Shown here: positions 63,385 through 64,000 of the stretch, piece after piece | How the letters are laid out: the number at the start of each line of letters is the position of its first letter | Position numbering within the stretch: position 1 is the first letter of the stretch | Assembly (NCBI RefSeq): GCF_006345805.1 | Contig: NW_021825821.1 | Span: 62,001 to 126,000 of the forward strand | Origin: Octopus sinensis | Lineage: Eukaryota | Length of the DNA: 64,000 bases | Reading direction: 5' to 3' | Notes under the pieces: model-generated | The model's database searches: none | What the model saw: only the letters and a program-made list of their open reading frames with translations | What the model was told of the DNA's origin: nothing | Translations under genes and position numbers: made by a program

Positions 63385-64000
63385 TTAAACTTCTAGGATC
63401 TCCAACAATCTGAGATATGTGTTCATCGTCATTTCTGAAGAGAGACTCGAAGTAAGTAGCAATTTTTCGGCCATCTCTTTTTTATAAAACATCCTTCTTC
63501 CATAATCATCGTGTAGAATTAATTCTTTGGGCCTGTTTAACAATCGAATAGCTCTGAACATTTTTGTGCCATAACTGAGCTGTTCAACTTCTTTGGCGTG
63601 ATGTTCAAGTGTTCTTTGATGGAGTAGGCGTACTCTTCTCTTTATATCCCGTAAAATGGAATTTCTCTTGTGTTTTAGTTCTATTTTAACGTCCATATGG
63701 TTTGAATTCTCTATACAAACTTTAAGATTTTTCTGTGTTCTGGATAGAAGGTCAATTTTCATGTCATATAAACGAATAGTTTTTGGCTTTCTTGAAACAT
63801 CTTTTAGCAATGACCGTGCGATGTTTTTAATTCTGTTTGAGATTAAACTCCAACGATCATCAGGTGGGTATTCAGAATTCAATTTGGAGAAAAATGCGTC
63901 GACTTTTTTACTGAATATATCGTGCTTAGCATCGTTTGCAAGTAAGCTTTCCAATGCCAGTCTTCCAGAAGAATGTTTCTCGTTGTTTCTTTTGAACACG
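63385..64000 (-). mobile_element. RTE-like LINE fragment (APE-RT linker)
   Basis: SEYPPDDRW, KRNSILRDIKRRV..EVEQL..TKMFRAIRLL..ELILHD. Confidence 0.65.

Overview
AT-rich eukaryotic (most likely animal) genomic DNA from a strongly compacted genome. Host genes are broken by very short GT-AG introns, mostly 23-30 nt. Host genes I can support are RNF32-like, DHPS, NAE1, a C2H2 zinc-finger factor, SNAP29, a divergent forkhead gene, ANAPC5, a PHD(-bromo) TIF1-like gene and EXOC5. They sit in islands among dense, often nested transposon debris: CRE-clade and R4-like RLE retrotransposons, RTE, an I/Jockey-group LINE, Tc1, pogo/Tigger, hAT (Buster, GTF2IRD2-type and CGGBP-type) and intron-containing Ginger-like integrase transposons. 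The most striking structure is at 46.7-50.0 kb. A fragment of a rhabdovirus-like L (RNA polymerase) gene is split inside its HWGHP...GLEK motif by two tandem copies of an ORF1-only (RT-less) LINE derivative, with the 13-bp target-site duplication present three times. Other notable structures are a 5'-inverted (twin-priming-type) CRE insertion carrying short sequences copied from the neighbouring NAE1 gene, a Ginger>Tc1>Ginger nest, a PHD-finger CRE element, and a microintron present in one pogo transposase but absent from a relative. The organism cannot be fixed from sequence alone; microintrons plus animal-type genes fit a miniaturised parasite such as a dicyemid, orthonectid or myxozoan (inference). 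All homology calls are from motif recognition, not database searches, and exon boundaries are partly approximate.
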